Origin: a virus
Virus record (IMG/VR): IMGVR_UViG_3300045988_076196
Coordinates: 32,242-96,241 of that record
Reading direction: 5' to 3' (one strand)
DNA length: 64,000 nt
In this document: in pieces, positions 35,680 through 46,432 of the stretch
Position numbering within the stretch: the first letter of the stretch is position 1
Layout of the letters: every line of letters starts with the position of its first letter
Position numbers and translations under genes: made by a program
The notes under the pieces: model-generated
Seen by the model: the letters and a program-made list of their open reading frames with translations, nothing else
What the model was told of the DNA's origin: nothing
Databases searched by the model: none

Positions 35680-38600
35680 TCAGAGATGGTTGAAGCCGCA
35701 ACGGAATTTCGCAAGAATAGTTTTAATGATTCTGATTCGGCAACGCTAGCAAAAGTAGCGACAATGTTTACTAATGTAGCAGATGAATCTATGTCTGCTG
35801 CTGATAGCGCATCGTTTATTATAGCTCAGATGAAGGCATTCAATATAGAGGCTGATGATGCTTATAGGATCATCGATTCTGTGAATGCTGTGTCAAATAA
35901 TTATGCCGTTTCATCTGGGCAATTAGCACAAAATCTAGGTAATATGTCTGCTGCAATGGCAACAGGCAATAATACATTTGAACAGTCTCTTGGTATGCTC
36001 ACGGCTATGACTGAAATCACGAGGAATGCACCCAAGGGTTCAAGAGCGCTTATTACTGTACAGGGACGTCTGAATCAGGTTGTAGACGAATCCTCAGATA
36101 CGGGTAAGGCGTTAACAGCATGGTATCAAGAACACGCCATCGCTATTAAAGATGATGAAGGTCAAGTTCGTAGTCTATATGAAGTATTGACTGATGTAGC
36201 AAAGATTTGGCCTAAATTAACCAAGAATGAGCAGATGTACTATCTGCAACAGCAAGCAGGAACCACACAAACACAGAATCTTGCTGCTCTTCTAAAAAAT
36301 TATCAAACAGCTATTGATGCAACCAATACAGCGCTAGAATCCAATGGTTCTGCCATGAAAGAAAATGAAGCCTACATGGAATCAATTTCTGCGAAGGAAC
36401 AGGCTCTTGCAGCTGAATTTGAGGATTTTGCAAATCGTGTTTTATCTAAAGAGTTGGTTGGTGGATTCTTGGATGCTGGTAAAGCTATGCTTGATTTTGC
36501 CAACAATGATGTTGGTGCGGCCATTACTAGGATCACTGGATTCTCTACTACTATTGCAAGCTTAGTTGGTATTGCAGGTACGGTTATTGGAAAACTAAGT
36601 GAGATGAGAACATTGTTCTCAGCGACAAATGCAGCTGGCGGATTAGCGTCTATTTTAACCTCACCAAAGACATTACTTATTATTGCAGGAGTAGCAGCAG
36701 CTATTGCTGGAATAGTTGAAGTTGTACAAGCGTTAAATCAGGCAGCAGAAAATAGGAAATTTGAAAATCTTGTAAAGAATTTTGAAGAACTTGATAAACA
36801 AGCCAAAGACGCTGCTGATAAGCTTGAAGACGTCAAAAAGCGACTTGATGAGTTAAATGATACTCCTGCAAAAGATAGAGGTCAAGATTGGCAGAATGAA
36901 ATAGACAAACTTGAGACATTAAAGCAATATTATGAATATATTGAACAAATGCTTCAAAAACAAGCTGCCGCTGCTCAAGAAGCTGCTTATAACGCTCCTC
37001 GTACTGTTGGTGTATCTGTTGATAAGAAAGTTGTTGAAACAGACGAGTATAGTAATAATTTTCAAACATATATAAAAGAAATCGGTCAATATAAGACTGA
37101 ACAGGAAGCTGTATATGCTCTTGCTGCTCAAGAGAGTATATCTTTTACAAATGAGCAAACAGAGGCGCTATCAAAGTTGTATGATGAGACAGAGATAGCC
37201 GCACAGGGTTATGCTTATTTGAAACAAAACCTAGAAGATATTGGCTATACGTTCTCCAACAACATTCAGACTGCTTCTGAATATGCATTATCTCAAGGCT
37301 CTGCTATGAAGGGTTTGGCCGTACAGATTGAAGAAACTAAAAAATATAGCACAGAGCTTACACAGGCACAACAAGAGCAATACGATGCTTACATAAAGAA
37401 TAATCAAGGACAGTATGAGTATCTGTCAGGTCTTCATAATTTAACAACTGAGCAACAAGCGTTCGTTGATGGATATAAAGCCATGGTTGATGCCATGGGT
37501 GATTATTCAGTTAATGTCGAAAATGTAGCTAATGAAGTTGAAAATATATCTAATTCGTTTGCGTATTATAATGAAATTGTAACGAACTATCAGGATGCAA
37601 TGAATGGTGTAACCGGAGCTTCTGAAGCATTCGTTCAATCTCTGTTTGACCAAAATGGACAATTAACTACAACAGCTCAAACGGCGCTAACCACAGACAG
37701 TGCGATGGCGAGTTACGCTACTTCTATCATACAGGCGCAACAAGCACAGTCTCAGGCTAACTTTAATAATCTTATTCAGCAGATTGCATCAGTTGGACAA
37801 CAGGCCACAATAACTTCCGAACAAATTGCTAATATGATGGTGATGGCTGGTGTTCAAATTGGTGCTGGTGGTAGCGCTGAGCTTTCTAGGAATCTACAAC
37901 GTACATACGAAGCTAAAACTGGCAAGAAAGTATCGCAGGACAAAGCTGCGTACAAACAATGGTTACAAGATACCGCCTACCAAATCGGTCAAAATCAATG
38001 GAAACGTCAGCAAGAGGAATATGCGAAACAGCTTGAAGCCATAAAAGATTATGTCCCAGCAGAAAAAGCCGCCGAAGAAGCAGAAAAGCAAGCTAAGAAA
38101 GCCCAAAAAGCGCAAGAAAAGGCGGCTAATGAATCTCAGTCGGCATATGAATCAGCCGCAAAATCAGCAGAGCAAGCCGCGCAAGAAGCAGCTCGTGCCG
38201 CTGAACAAGCCGCAAAATCAGCAGAGCAAGACGCGCAAGAAGCAGCTCGTGCCGCTGAACAAGCCGCTGAGGAAGCCAAGCAGAAAATTCTTGATTCTAT
38301 CCAAGAACTAAAAGACGCATCTGATGATTTCTGGGATAGCAAAACAGACGCTGTTGAAGAAACCAACAAAGAGCTAGACCGCCAAAAGCAACTTGAAGAA
38401 AAGCTCAAAGCGCTAGAAGAAGCCAAACAAAAGAAAATCCTACTCTATAAGAACGGCCAGTTCCAATATGACAAGGATTATGGGACGATTGCTAAAGCTC
38501 AAGCTGATTATGAAGAAACCCGCGACAAGATTCAGCGCGAACGTGAGCTAGAGCAGCTTCAAGAGATGAAGGATAACGCCACTAAGATATTCAATGAAAT

Positions 38601-40758
38601 GAAGGATATTGTTCAGAATGGCGGCAATGTCACTCAAGAGATGATTAACAGTTGGCTTTCTCAGATGCAAGCCGATGGGGCTGATTATTATGATAGCAAC
38701 AAGAAAATGCTTGGTGAATGGCTGGATTGGGCTAAGGGTGCTATCAATGAAATTAGCAACCAAGTAGCATCTGCTACTGGAGGTAGCGGAGGCGCTAGTG
38801 GTGGTTATGGTTCCGGTAGTGGCAGTGTTTCTGGACAATGGAGTCATCAAGACGAAACAAATCCATATGTTGCTTTTGGACAAGATACAATCCAAGAGAT
38901 GCTTGAATGGATAAAAAAGATAGATAAATATCAAGACGATGAAGAGTTTATGAATGAGATAATACGAAGAGCTGCTAGTGCTGGATATATTATTCCATCT
39001 AATGCAGGACTTCGTGGCAATCTAAAAATGAATCTTCTTGAAGCTCTTCAAAAAATTCTAGCGCCATATCAAAATCTAATTGAAACTAACACATCCAGCC
39101 CGTATGTTTATGCATGGAAGGGTTTATTTAAGGGTGAACTTCAGAGAGGTACTGACCTAGGTAGCAACACTGTATTTGCAGGATATCAGAACAAACTTTT
39201 GTCTGGCGCTATCGATGACCCATATGAAGAGCAGGAATATTATCAACGCAATCAAGCCATAAAAGCTCTATACAATGAATACAAGAAAATAACAGACCAG
39301 CTTGGCTATATTCCAGATTATCTGAAAGATTTTATGGATATGGGGTCACAAATGCTCAACAATGTTGACCTTGTTGCTAGAAAAATGGCTGATAATTACG
39401 ATAATTTGTCTGCTAGTGGTAAAAGCCTGTTGGATTCTCTCATATCTGGCGAAGAGGACTATGAGGCGGCTAATAAGATGCGCATTGCATATCTAGCCGA
39501 GAATTATAGTCCAGAGCGTCTTAGATATATGAATCTAGTCCGGGTGGCTGGTTCTTCCAGAAATGCAATGCAGTTGATGAATCAACGCACAGAGGAAGAT
39601 AAAGCCCGTGATGAGGCACTGTATGGCGATTGGCTAAATGAGCTACGAGATAAGATAGACAAAGCTGGCGGTGTTGTAACAGATGAGATTTACAAGTGGT
39701 ATCTAAAAACAGCTGGTGGAGCATTAGGTGCTTATGGAACTGGCGACGCTCAGCTATATACAGATGTGTTTGCTGGTGGCGGCAAATATTTATATCGTGA
39801 TCAAGAAGAGCTAGAGAGGCTTGGTTATCATGGATTCTTAGGTAATTTTGGCAACATCAGCGAAGGCGGGTTGTCTGATGTAACTAAGAATCTTGTTAAG
39901 AGCAAAATCCTAACGTCTACCACAGAAACAAACATTGATAAGCAAAAAGAGCAGATAACTCAGAATAATATCAAAGGCATTAAAGATACTCTTGAGAAAT
40001 ATCAAGAGGGATATGGCGCAACTCAACACTGGATTGATGATGCAACCAAATACATCACTGATACTCTGAATAAAAACAACGAGGCGTTGTTGACAGCTGA
40101 TGCAGAAACAAGAAAATCTTTACTTGCTCAAAATGAAGAGCTTGTGGGTATTCGTGATTCTCTTAGTGGTGTTGAGGCTGATGAAGATATTAACAAATTA
40201 CCCGGCTCAACAACTGCTTACAATGATTGGGAGTTCAAGATTGATAACCCAACAGATGAAGAACTTGCGGCAAAAGCAGAACAACGTGCGCAAAAGTTGG
40301 CAGAACAAATGGCGGCAAATTCAGAGGCATGGTGGAACGCTAGTTCTAAAGCAGAGCAAGACGCTTTACACAAAGCAAACGAGGAGCTTGCTAAGAAAAT
40401 CAATGATTTGACTGGTAGTAATTTGACATATGAGGGGTCGACTGGCACATGGTCAAAGAACGCCTCTGGTACTCATAATTTCCGTGGTGGTCTATCCTTA
40501 GTTGGTGAGCGTGGCCCAGAGCTTAGAGTTCTTGGGCAAGGTGATAGTATCATTCCAGCTTATCAAACGGCAAACCTATGGAAATGGAGCGGTACAACAC
40601 CTGAGAGTATGCTCAAAACGCTTGAATTGAGAAAAGGCGATGGGCGAAATTCTTACGTATTCAATGTGTCTAAGCTCGAATTACCAAATGTTAACAATGC
40701 AAAGGAATTTGTGGCTGGACTAAAGAATTATGCGCTACAGTATAGTTATAAACGTTAA
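35680..40758 (+). CDS. tape measure protein, exon 2 (about 1692 codons)
   Basis: very long alpha-helical / coiled-coil ORF; EAATEFRKNSF... and C-terminal GGLSLVGERGPELRVLGQGDSIIPA are typical of tape measure proteins. Confidence 0.85.
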   Translation, partial: SEMVEAATEFRKNSFNDSDSATLAKVATMFTNVADESMSAADSASFIIAQMKAFNIEADDAYRIIDSVNAVSNNYAVSSGQLAQNLGNMSAAMATGNNTFEQSLGMLTAMTEITRNAPKGSRALITVQGRLNQVVDESSDTGKALTAWYQEHAIAIKDDEGQVRSLYEVLTDVAKIWPKLTKNEQMYYLQQQAGTTQTQNLAALLKNYQTAIDATNTALESNGSAMKENEAYMESISAKEQALAAEFEDFANRVLSKELVGGFLDAGKAMLDFANNDVGAAITRITGFSTTIASLVGIAGTVIGKLSEMRTLFSATNAAGGLASILTSPKTLLIIAGVAAAIAGIVEVVQALNQAAENRKFENLVKNFEELDKQAKDAADKLEDVKKRLDELNDTPAKDRGQDWQNEIDKLETLKQYYEYIEQMLQKQAAAAQEAAYNAPRTVGVSVDKKVVETDEYSNNFQTYIKEIGQYKTEQEAVYALAAQESISFTNEQTEALSKLYDETEIAAQGYAYLKQNLEDIGYTFSNNIQTASEYALSQGSAMKGLAVQIEETKKYSTELTQAQQEQYDAYIKNNQGQYEYLSGLHNLTTEQQAFVDGYKAMVDAMGDYSVNVENVANEVENISNSFAYYNEIVTNYQDAMNGVTGASEAFVQSLFDQNGQLTTTAQTALTTDSAMASYATSIIQAQQAQSQANFNNLIQQIASVGQQATITSEQIANMMVMAGVQIGAGGSAELSRNLQRTYEAKTGKKVSQDKAAYKQWLQDTAYQIGQNQWKRQQEEYAKQLEAIKDYVPAEKAAEEAEKQAKKAQKAQEKAANESQSAYESAAKSAEQAAQEAARAAEQAAKSAEQDAQEAARAAEQAAEEAKQKILDSIQELKDASDDFWDSKTDAVEETNKELDRQKQLEEKLKALEEAKQKKILLYKNGQFQYDKDYGTIAKAQADYEETRDKIQRERELEQLQEMKDNATKIFNEMKDIVQNGGNVTQEMINSWLSQMQADGADYYDSNKKMLGEWLDWAKGAINEISNQVASATGGSGGASGGYGSGSGSVSGQWSHQDETNPYVAFGQDTIQEMLEWIKKIDKYQDDEEFMNEIIRRAASAGYIIPSNAGLRGNLKMNLLEALQKILAPYQNLIETNTSSPYVYAWKGLFKGELQRGTDLGSNTVFAGYQNKLLSGAIDDPYEEQEYYQRNQAIKALYNEYKKITDQLGYIPDYLKDFMDMGSQMLNNVDLVARKMADNYDNLSASGKSLLDSLISGEEDYEAANKMRIAYLAENYSPERLRYMNLVRVAGSSRNAMQLMNQRTEEDKARDEALYGDWLNELRDKIDKAGGVVTDEIYKWYLKTAGGALGAYGTGDAQLYTDVFAGGGKYLYRDQEELERLGYHGFLGNFGNISEGGLSDVTKNLVKSKILTSTTETNIDKQKEQITQNNIKGIKDTLEKYQEGYGATQHWIDDATKYITDTLNKNNEALLTADAETRKSLLAQNEELVGIRDSLSGVEADEDINKLPGSTTAYNDWEFKIDNPTDEELAAKAEQRAQKLAEQMAANSEAWWNASSKAEQDALHKANEELAKKINDLTGSNLTYEGSTGTWSKNASGTHNFRGGLSLVGERGPELRVLGQGDSIIPAYQTANLWKWSGTTPESMLKTLELRKGDGRNSYVFNVSKLELPNVNNAKEFVAGLKNYALQYSYKR
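38155..38262 (+). repeat. 54-bp tandem duplication (2 copies, 1 mismatch) within the tape measure gene
   Basis: gccgcaaaatcagcagagcaag(c/a)cgcgcaagaagcagctcgtgccgctgaacaa at 38155 and 38209. Confidence 0.9.
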
Positions 40759-40772
40759 ATTTTAATCAAATT

Positions 40773-40803
40773 GGGAGGGTAGGTGACTGCCCTCCTATAT
40801 ATC
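40773..40803 (+). terminator. hairpin terminator after the tape measure gene
   Basis: gggaggg-taggtgactg-ccctcc followed by a T/A-rich tract. Confidence 0.5.
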
Positions 40804-40823
40804 TATATGGAGGAAAATATAGA

Positions 40824-41405
40824 TTGGATAAGAAGGAAAAATCCCCAGAACAGGAGCTAGTGGAATCTATCGGCTTGATGGTTGATAATGGCATGTCTAG
40901 TTCTACTAAGATATATTCTGGGATTGTAAAAAATAGCGATGGTAAAACGGCGCAAGTTACAATGAACGGGCAAGACCAAAATGTAGCTGTGTCTCCATCT
41001 GATTTAGGCATTGGCTCGATTGCGCGTGTGTTTGTACCGGGTGGCAATATGTCTAACGCATTCATATTAGGCTCTGTATCTGGTGGTGGTGATACTCCAA
41101 CACCAACTAAAAAGAATGATGGTGTTGCTGGGAGCTATCAAGGCAATGGGGAAACGTCAAAATCTTTAACGTTTGAATTTGAGCCTAGATTTTTGATTGT
41201 TATGGGCGTAGCTACAAGTGGTTCTTCTGCTACACTTGATGAAATTGGTTTTATGGTGAAAGATTGCCCGTTTGCATATATCGTTACATCATATTCAACC
41301 GATCGTTATACATCTGTTACATGGGGTTCAAATTCTGTCAGTTGGTTTAATAGTAGTAAATTTCTAAATGGTAGTTATGCAAAATACTATTATTTTGCAA
41401 TTTAA
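40824..41405 (+). CDS. hypothetical tail-tip module protein
   Basis: 193-aa ORF; TTG start after GGAGGAAAA. Confidence 0.5.
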   Translation: MDKKEKSPEQELVESIGLMVDNGMSSSTKIYSGIVKNSDGKTAQVTMNGQDQNVAVSPSDLGIGSIARVFVPGGNMSNAFILGSVSGGGDTPTPTKKNDGVAGSYQGNGETSKSLTFEFEPRFLIVMGVATSGSSATLDEIGFMVKDCPFAYIVTSYSTDRYTSVTWGSNSVSWFNSSKFLNGSYAKYYYFAI

Positions 41406-41420
41406 TATAGAGGTGATATT

Positions 41421-42083
41421 ATGACAGCAAATCAATACAAATCAATGGCTGAACTACGTAGGGCTTTACAGTTATTTGCGGCGACATTATACGATAAAGA
41501 AGAGACAGCCGTTGAACTTGCCACCCTATATCCTGTATGGGCGGCAGATAAGCAATATAAGGCTAATGACATTATCTCATATGGAACAAATAGCGTAGGC
41601 GACCCACAGCTATATCTAGTGCTACAGGCGCACAAGTCACAATCCGATTGGCTACCTGATGCAACTGCAAGCCTATATAAAAAGATGGGTATTAGTGAAA
41701 GCGGCTATCCCATTTGGACACAGCCCCTATGCGCTGTAGACGCTTATAATCTTGGTGACATTGTAAGCTATAATGGCAAGTTGTATAAATCCATTATCAA
41801 TGCTAATGTATGGGCACCAGATGCATATCCTGCCGGATGGGAAGAATATACTGAATCAACAAGCGGAGGCGATTCAGGAGAAACAGGTGGTAGTGGGACT
41901 ACAGAACCAGAAACGCCCCCAACCGAAACAATCCCAGATTTTGTACAGCCAACCGGCGCACATGACGCATATAAGAAGGGCGATAAAGTGAGATTCGAGG
42001 GAAAAATCTATGAGAGCCTAATTGATGCTAATACATATAGTCCATCTGCTTATCCTGATGGTTGGAAGGAAATAACAAAATAA
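41421..42083 (+). CDS. carbohydrate-binding (CBM5/12-like) repeat protein
   Basis: two copies of AYxxGDxVxYxGKxYxSxIxxNxxxPxAYPxGW; paralog of 55154..55552. Confidence 0.55.
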   Translation: MTANQYKSMAELRRALQLFAATLYDKEETAVELATLYPVWAADKQYKANDIISYGTNSVGDPQLYLVLQAHKSQSDWLPDATASLYKKMGISESGYPIWTQPLCAVDAYNLGDIVSYNGKLYKSIINANVWAPDAYPAGWEEYTESTSGGDSGETGGSGTTEPETPPTETIPDFVQPTGAHDAYKKGDKVRFEGKIYESLIDANTYSPSAYPDGWKEITK

Positions 42084-42108
42084 AATTTAATAAATAAGAG
42101 GTGATATA

Positions 42109-43233
42109 ATGGCACTAACAACTCCTATTTTATATACTCAAGTGGCATTTGATGCCTCTAAAGATCAAACATTCAGATTTAATGTAATAGGTGGCGACCA
42201 AGTGACAGGGTCGACTATTGTCATTAAAGATAATGCGACTCTATCTCAGGTATATACGACCACTGTAACAAGCTATGCTTATAGTATCACTGTGCCAGCT
42301 GGCTCATTGACAAATGGCAAGTATTATCAAGCATATGTCACAACACATAACGCGGCAGGCGAAACATCAGAGCCGTCTAATACCATTCAATTCTATTGTT
42401 ATACAAGTCCATCATTTGAATTTAGCAATTTACCAAGTACACACATTCTAAATAATGCATCTTATATATTTAGTGTTACATATAATCAAGAGCAGAAAGA
42501 GCCGTTGAACGCATATAAATTTGACCTATATGATAATACTGGCATTTTGCTGTCTACATCCAGCACTAAATATACGAGTACAACATCTGTGCCAATTACG
42601 GTGTCTTGGGCATTTAGTGGATTTGAAGATAAGACGGTATACAAGATTCAATGCACAGGCACAACTTCAGAAGGTACGCTTGTTGACACTGGGTTAATTA
42701 CTATTACAATTCAATATTCTGGTGTTCGTAACTATAGTAATTTATATCTTACAAACAACTGTAACGATGGTAATATAACTATTGAATCTAATGTATTGGC
42801 GATTGACGGTGAAGCGAATCCGGCTAATCCAACATATATTGATAGTAAAGAAATTGACCTTAGAGCAAATGGCTCATATGTCAAATGGCAACAAGGATAT
42901 CAATTACCAAACGATTATACAATGCGTATATGGGGACGCGCTTTTAACGCAAATACAGAGGTAAGTGGCGACCCAAATAATCTACTGGAACTAATGAATG
43001 CAAATGGCGATATTGTATATGTGTCATATTGGGAAGATACGACGAATGCATGGTATGAGATGAAAGTAAAGGATGTTGGCTCAACATGGGCATATGTGAT
43101 TAAATCTACAACAATTCCTAAAACAACAGATAACGACTATATATTCATGTGGCTGAGATGTGATGGTGGACTGTATGATCTAAAAATTGAGAATCTTGGC
43201 GCAAATTGGAACGAGGAGGCGGCTGGCACATGA
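42109..43233 (+). CDS. putative distal tail / baseplate protein
   Basis: 374 aa; call based on position downstream of the tape measure gene. Confidence 0.4.
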   Translation: MALTTPILYTQVAFDASKDQTFRFNVIGGDQVTGSTIVIKDNATLSQVYTTTVTSYAYSITVPAGSLTNGKYYQAYVTTHNAAGETSEPSNTIQFYCYTSPSFEFSNLPSTHILNNASYIFSVTYNQEQKEPLNAYKFDLYDNTGILLSTSSTKYTSTTSVPITVSWAFSGFEDKTVYKIQCTGTTSEGTLVDTGLITITIQYSGVRNYSNLYLTNNCNDGNITIESNVLAIDGEANPANPTYIDSKEIDLRANGSYVKWQQGYQLPNDYTMRIWGRAFNANTEVSGDPNNLLELMNANGDIVYVSYWEDTTNAWYEMKVKDVGSTWAYVIKSTTIPKTTDNDYIFMWLRCDGGLYDLKIENLGANWNEEAAGT

Positions 43234-44138
43234 TTGGATTACTAGGATATAATTTTTGTTTAGACGGTAATTGCGTTGACCCCATGCCGACTTCTGCAAA
43301 TAAGATTACGTCAACCACATTAAAAAATGGCGTGTTTTCTCATATGAATGCAAGTTCAGATGTGAGTGGAGAATATAACAATACAGTTCCAACGTCATGG
43401 GATTTCAATACTATCATGGATTGTAATTTCAATGAGAATGTCGGCGCTGGTAACTTAGGTGAAATTACTAAGAATATCACATCTGTGCGTATCAAGCGGC
43501 GAGAAAAAGGCACATTCGACTGGATTACTATAAAAGAAATTCAAATCAATACGATTGAAGATTTCTCATTTATTTTTACTGACAATATAGCCTCTAATTA
43601 CACGCAATATGAATATGCATATGTGCCAGTTATTCAGCAAACAGAAGGTGCATATACAGTAGATGAAATTTACTCCAGATTTAACGGTGTCTTCTTATGC
43701 GATCTTGACACTATATATAAATTCTATGCGGACATTGAATATGGAGCAACGAATAGAGTACAGAAAATCGGCACATATGAGCCGTTTGGTAGAAAGTATC
43801 CTGTCATGATAAGCAATGGATTGCTTGACTATGACCAAGGAACGGTGAGCGCCCTAATTATTCCTAAGAATTTTACTGAGACAAATGTAATTGATAGACA
43901 GGCTGTTACAAAGGAACGCAATGCGTTGTTTAAGTGGCTGACTAATAAAAAGCCAAAAATGTTGAAGGACTGGAATGGCGGAGAGTGGATTCTTTGTATC
44001 GTAGGTAATCCACAGACTGACTATGAAACCAATTATGGCATGGGTATTCAGCGCATGACAGCAGACTGGACGCAAACAGGCGACCCTAAAGAAAAGGCTG
44101 ACTTGTATGCAAATGGGCTAATCCCACGGGAGGATTAA
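43230..44138 (+). CDS. putative baseplate protein
   Basis: GGAGGCGG RBS; ATGA overlap with the upstream stop. Confidence 0.4.
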   Translation: MIGLLGYNFCLDGNCVDPMPTSANKITSTTLKNGVFSHMNASSDVSGEYNNTVPTSWDFNTIMDCNFNENVGAGNLGEITKNITSVRIKRREKGTFDWITIKEIQINTIEDFSFIFTDNIASNYTQYEYAYVPVIQQTEGAYTVDEIYSRFNGVFLCDLDTIYKFYADIEYGATNRVQKIGTYEPFGRKYPVMISNGLLDYDQGTVSALIIPKNFTETNVIDRQAVTKERNALFKWLTNKKPKMLKDWNGGEWILCIVGNPQTDYETNYGMGIQRMTADWTQTGDPKEKADLYANGLIPRED

Positions 44139-44141
44139 CAC

Positions 44142-45596
44142 ATGATTAACATAACTGCTGAAGATTATAACGTCTTAAAACAACAATATATAAAAAAATA
44201 TATGAAGCTTGAGCTACTTGACTTTCAATATAATGTAGTAGATGAGCTAAGTGGCAATATGATTAGTTGCAGTATCAATGTTGATTCAAATAGTGATTTG
44301 CGGCGTTCGTGTGATTTAACATTTGTTGTCACTACTAGTACATTTGATATTAAATCAGGGCAGAAATTATGGTTAGATAAATTTGTCCGTCCGTATGTTG
44401 GCTATGAAAATATGCGAACTGGAAAAATCCAGTGGTATAATCAAGGTATATACCTAGTTAATAATCCGCAATGGTCATATGATGCGGCAACAAATGAAAT
44501 CTCTATGCAGGCTCTTGATTTAATGAGTAAGCTAACCGGTTTGCGCAATGGTAATCTTGAGGGAATACCTACTAAAATAGCTAAAGATGAGAATGTACGT
44601 GAGGCTATTATTAGAACGATTGAATTGGGCGGATTTACCAAGTACGTATGCGAAGAATGTAAAACAAATGACGGCACGATAACGCCTGTTCCATACGATA
44701 TTGAAATTGATGTGGGTGGCACAATATATGACATTTTATCTCAGTTACGTGATATTATGCCCAATTATCAAATATATTTTGATGTAGATGGGGTGTTTCA
44801 TTATGAGCCGATTCCGCTTGCTAAGGACGACCCTGTTGTAATAGACGATGATTTATGGCCTTATTTGCTTGTATCAGAGAATATTAACACAGATTTTGAG
44901 AGCGTCAAGAATTATGTGGAGGTATATGGCCATACTTGGGACGTTAGTTATTACAGCTCATCTGAAGACACCACGGTTGAAGGAAGAACCATCACGCCGA
45001 AATTTGCAGATTTGAAGGAATTAGCAAATGATACTGCAATAGGCATTACGTTACCAACAGCAATATCAAGCACAGAGCCAGTGTTGATAAATTTCTTAGG
45101 TACATTCATGGTGTTAGATATTGACAATAAAAATGTTACTAATTTAGATGCTGACACAGAGTATATTTTTCAATATGTGATACCAAAAGATAGTAGCGGT
45201 AATTTTTGGCGTTTTATGGGGCATCAGCAAGCACAAGCTATATCATATGATAACAATCCCTCTAGCCCGTTTTATGTAGGCGACCCGATAGGCTCTAGTT
45301 CAATAGGCCGAATCCGTATAGTGCTATATGGTGGTGAATATGATAATATTTACTCAGATAATTTGGCTAAGCAAAGAGCGGATTTTGAAATATATCAGCG
45401 GTCACGGCTTAATGATAGCATTTCAATTGAATCTGTCCCAATTCCGTGGATAGACGTAAATATTGTTATATCACATAGATTTGGGCAAAAGATGGAGCAA
45501 TCAAAATATATAATCAAATCGTTTAATATTGATTATTCAACAGGTGGTACTATGAGTATTAACGCTATTACATGGTATCCATATTATCCAGATTAA
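44142..45596 (+). CDS. putative baseplate / tail-tip structural protein
   Basis: 484 aa; N-terminus ...LELLDFQYNVVDELSGNMISCSINVDSNSDLRRSCDLTFVV resembles phage minor structural proteins. Confidence 0.45.
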   Translation: MINITAEDYNVLKQQYIKKYMKLELLDFQYNVVDELSGNMISCSINVDSNSDLRRSCDLTFVVTTSTFDIKSGQKLWLDKFVRPYVGYENMRTGKIQWYNQGIYLVNNPQWSYDAATNEISMQALDLMSKLTGLRNGNLEGIPTKIAKDENVREAIIRTIELGGFTKYVCEECKTNDGTITPVPYDIEIDVGGTIYDILSQLRDIMPNYQIYFDVDGVFHYEPIPLAKDDPVVIDDDLWPYLLVSENINTDFESVKNYVEVYGHTWDVSYYSSSEDTTVEGRTITPKFADLKELANDTAIGITLPTAISSTEPVLINFLGTFMVLDIDNKNVTNLDADTEYIFQYVIPKDSSGNFWRFMGHQQAQAISYDNNPSSPFYVGDPIGSSSIGRIRIVLYGGEYDNIYSDNLAKQRADFEIYQRSRLNDSISIESVPIPWIDVNIVISHRFGQKMEQSKYIIKSFNIDYSTGGTMSINAITWYPYYPD

Positions 45597-45613
45597 AATA
45601 GGGAGGTGCTTTA

Positions 45614-45928
45614 ATGGCAACAAAATACCCTAACGAAATTCAGACATTCCCGACAATGCAGGATATTATAGCTGAAGATGCAGTAGCTGTCGTTGCATAT
45701 CAGAAAGCAATGCAAGATGGTGATATCAACGCGGCGCAAGTTGCATTGTCTGGAATTTCTAATTATAACACAAAAATAATTACAGCAGACCTTATTAACA
45801 CCATTCTTGATACATGCACAGAAGTGCAAAAATATTATACGGCTCGATATAGCCCCGCATATATTGTATCCTCTACTCAGCCGATAACACAGCAACCTAC
45901 AGATTTTTGGTTTGAGGTGACGGCATGA
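45614..45928 (+). CDS. hypothetical protein
   Basis: 104-aa ORF with a GGGAGGTG RBS. Confidence 0.5.
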   Translation: MATKYPNEIQTFPTMQDIIAEDAVAVVAYQKAMQDGDINAAQVALSGISNYNTKIITADLINTILDTCTEVQKYYTARYSPAYIVSSTQPITQQPTDFWFEVTA

Positions 45929-46416
45929 AATACCAAGATATTCATCTTGAAGATAAGGCGTTATGGACTCAATTTCAAACTGAATGGAATAACGGGAATT
46001 ATGCAACGGCTATTGCACTATTAAAAAATGCGGCTTTAACCAATAAGCAACTAAATGCCGCAGTTATCAACGATATTACAACTGTAATTACCGCATTAGA
46101 AAATCAGAAAGATGATTCATTCAAGACCGATAAAATCAAGGTTGCAACAGAGCCACCAAGCGGTATGTCTATTGGAGAGATATATTTCAAGATGCTCAGT
46201 GCAATCAGCGATTACAATATGCCTGATTCATATTATATCGACCCAACGGAAAAGACGGCAACAGGATATGATTCAGTCAAATTAAAGGCATTAGCCGATA
46301 AAACATATCTTACTAATAATACAGCTCAATTATTTGGAGAAAGTTGGCCCAATCTAAATGTAGATAAGGCACTATTTGATTTAGAGACAATGTTGCTAAA
46401 TATAAAACAGGCTTGA
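45925..46416 (+). CDS. hypothetical protein
   Basis: 163-aa ORF; ATGA coupling to the upstream gene. Confidence 0.5.
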   Translation: MKYQDIHLEDKALWTQFQTEWNNGNYATAIALLKNAALTNKQLNAAVINDITTVITALENQKDDSFKTDKIKVATEPPSGMSIGEIYFKMLSAISDYNMPDSYYIDPTEKTATGYDSVKLKALADKTYLTNNTAQLFGESWPNLNVDKALFDLETMLLNIKQA

Positions 46417-46432
46417 TAGGAGATGATAGAGA

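Noticed and set aside
36300-40450. Multiple ORFs in other frames or antisense within the tape measure gene (for example 36833..37069, 38051..38311, 38136..38426, 38548..38934)
   Set aside because: These are low-complexity translations (K/Q/P-rich or S/A-rich) produced by the repetitive GAA/GCA/AAG codon bias of the coiled-coil gene. They have no RBS, and each is fully embedded in a gene with a strong assignment.
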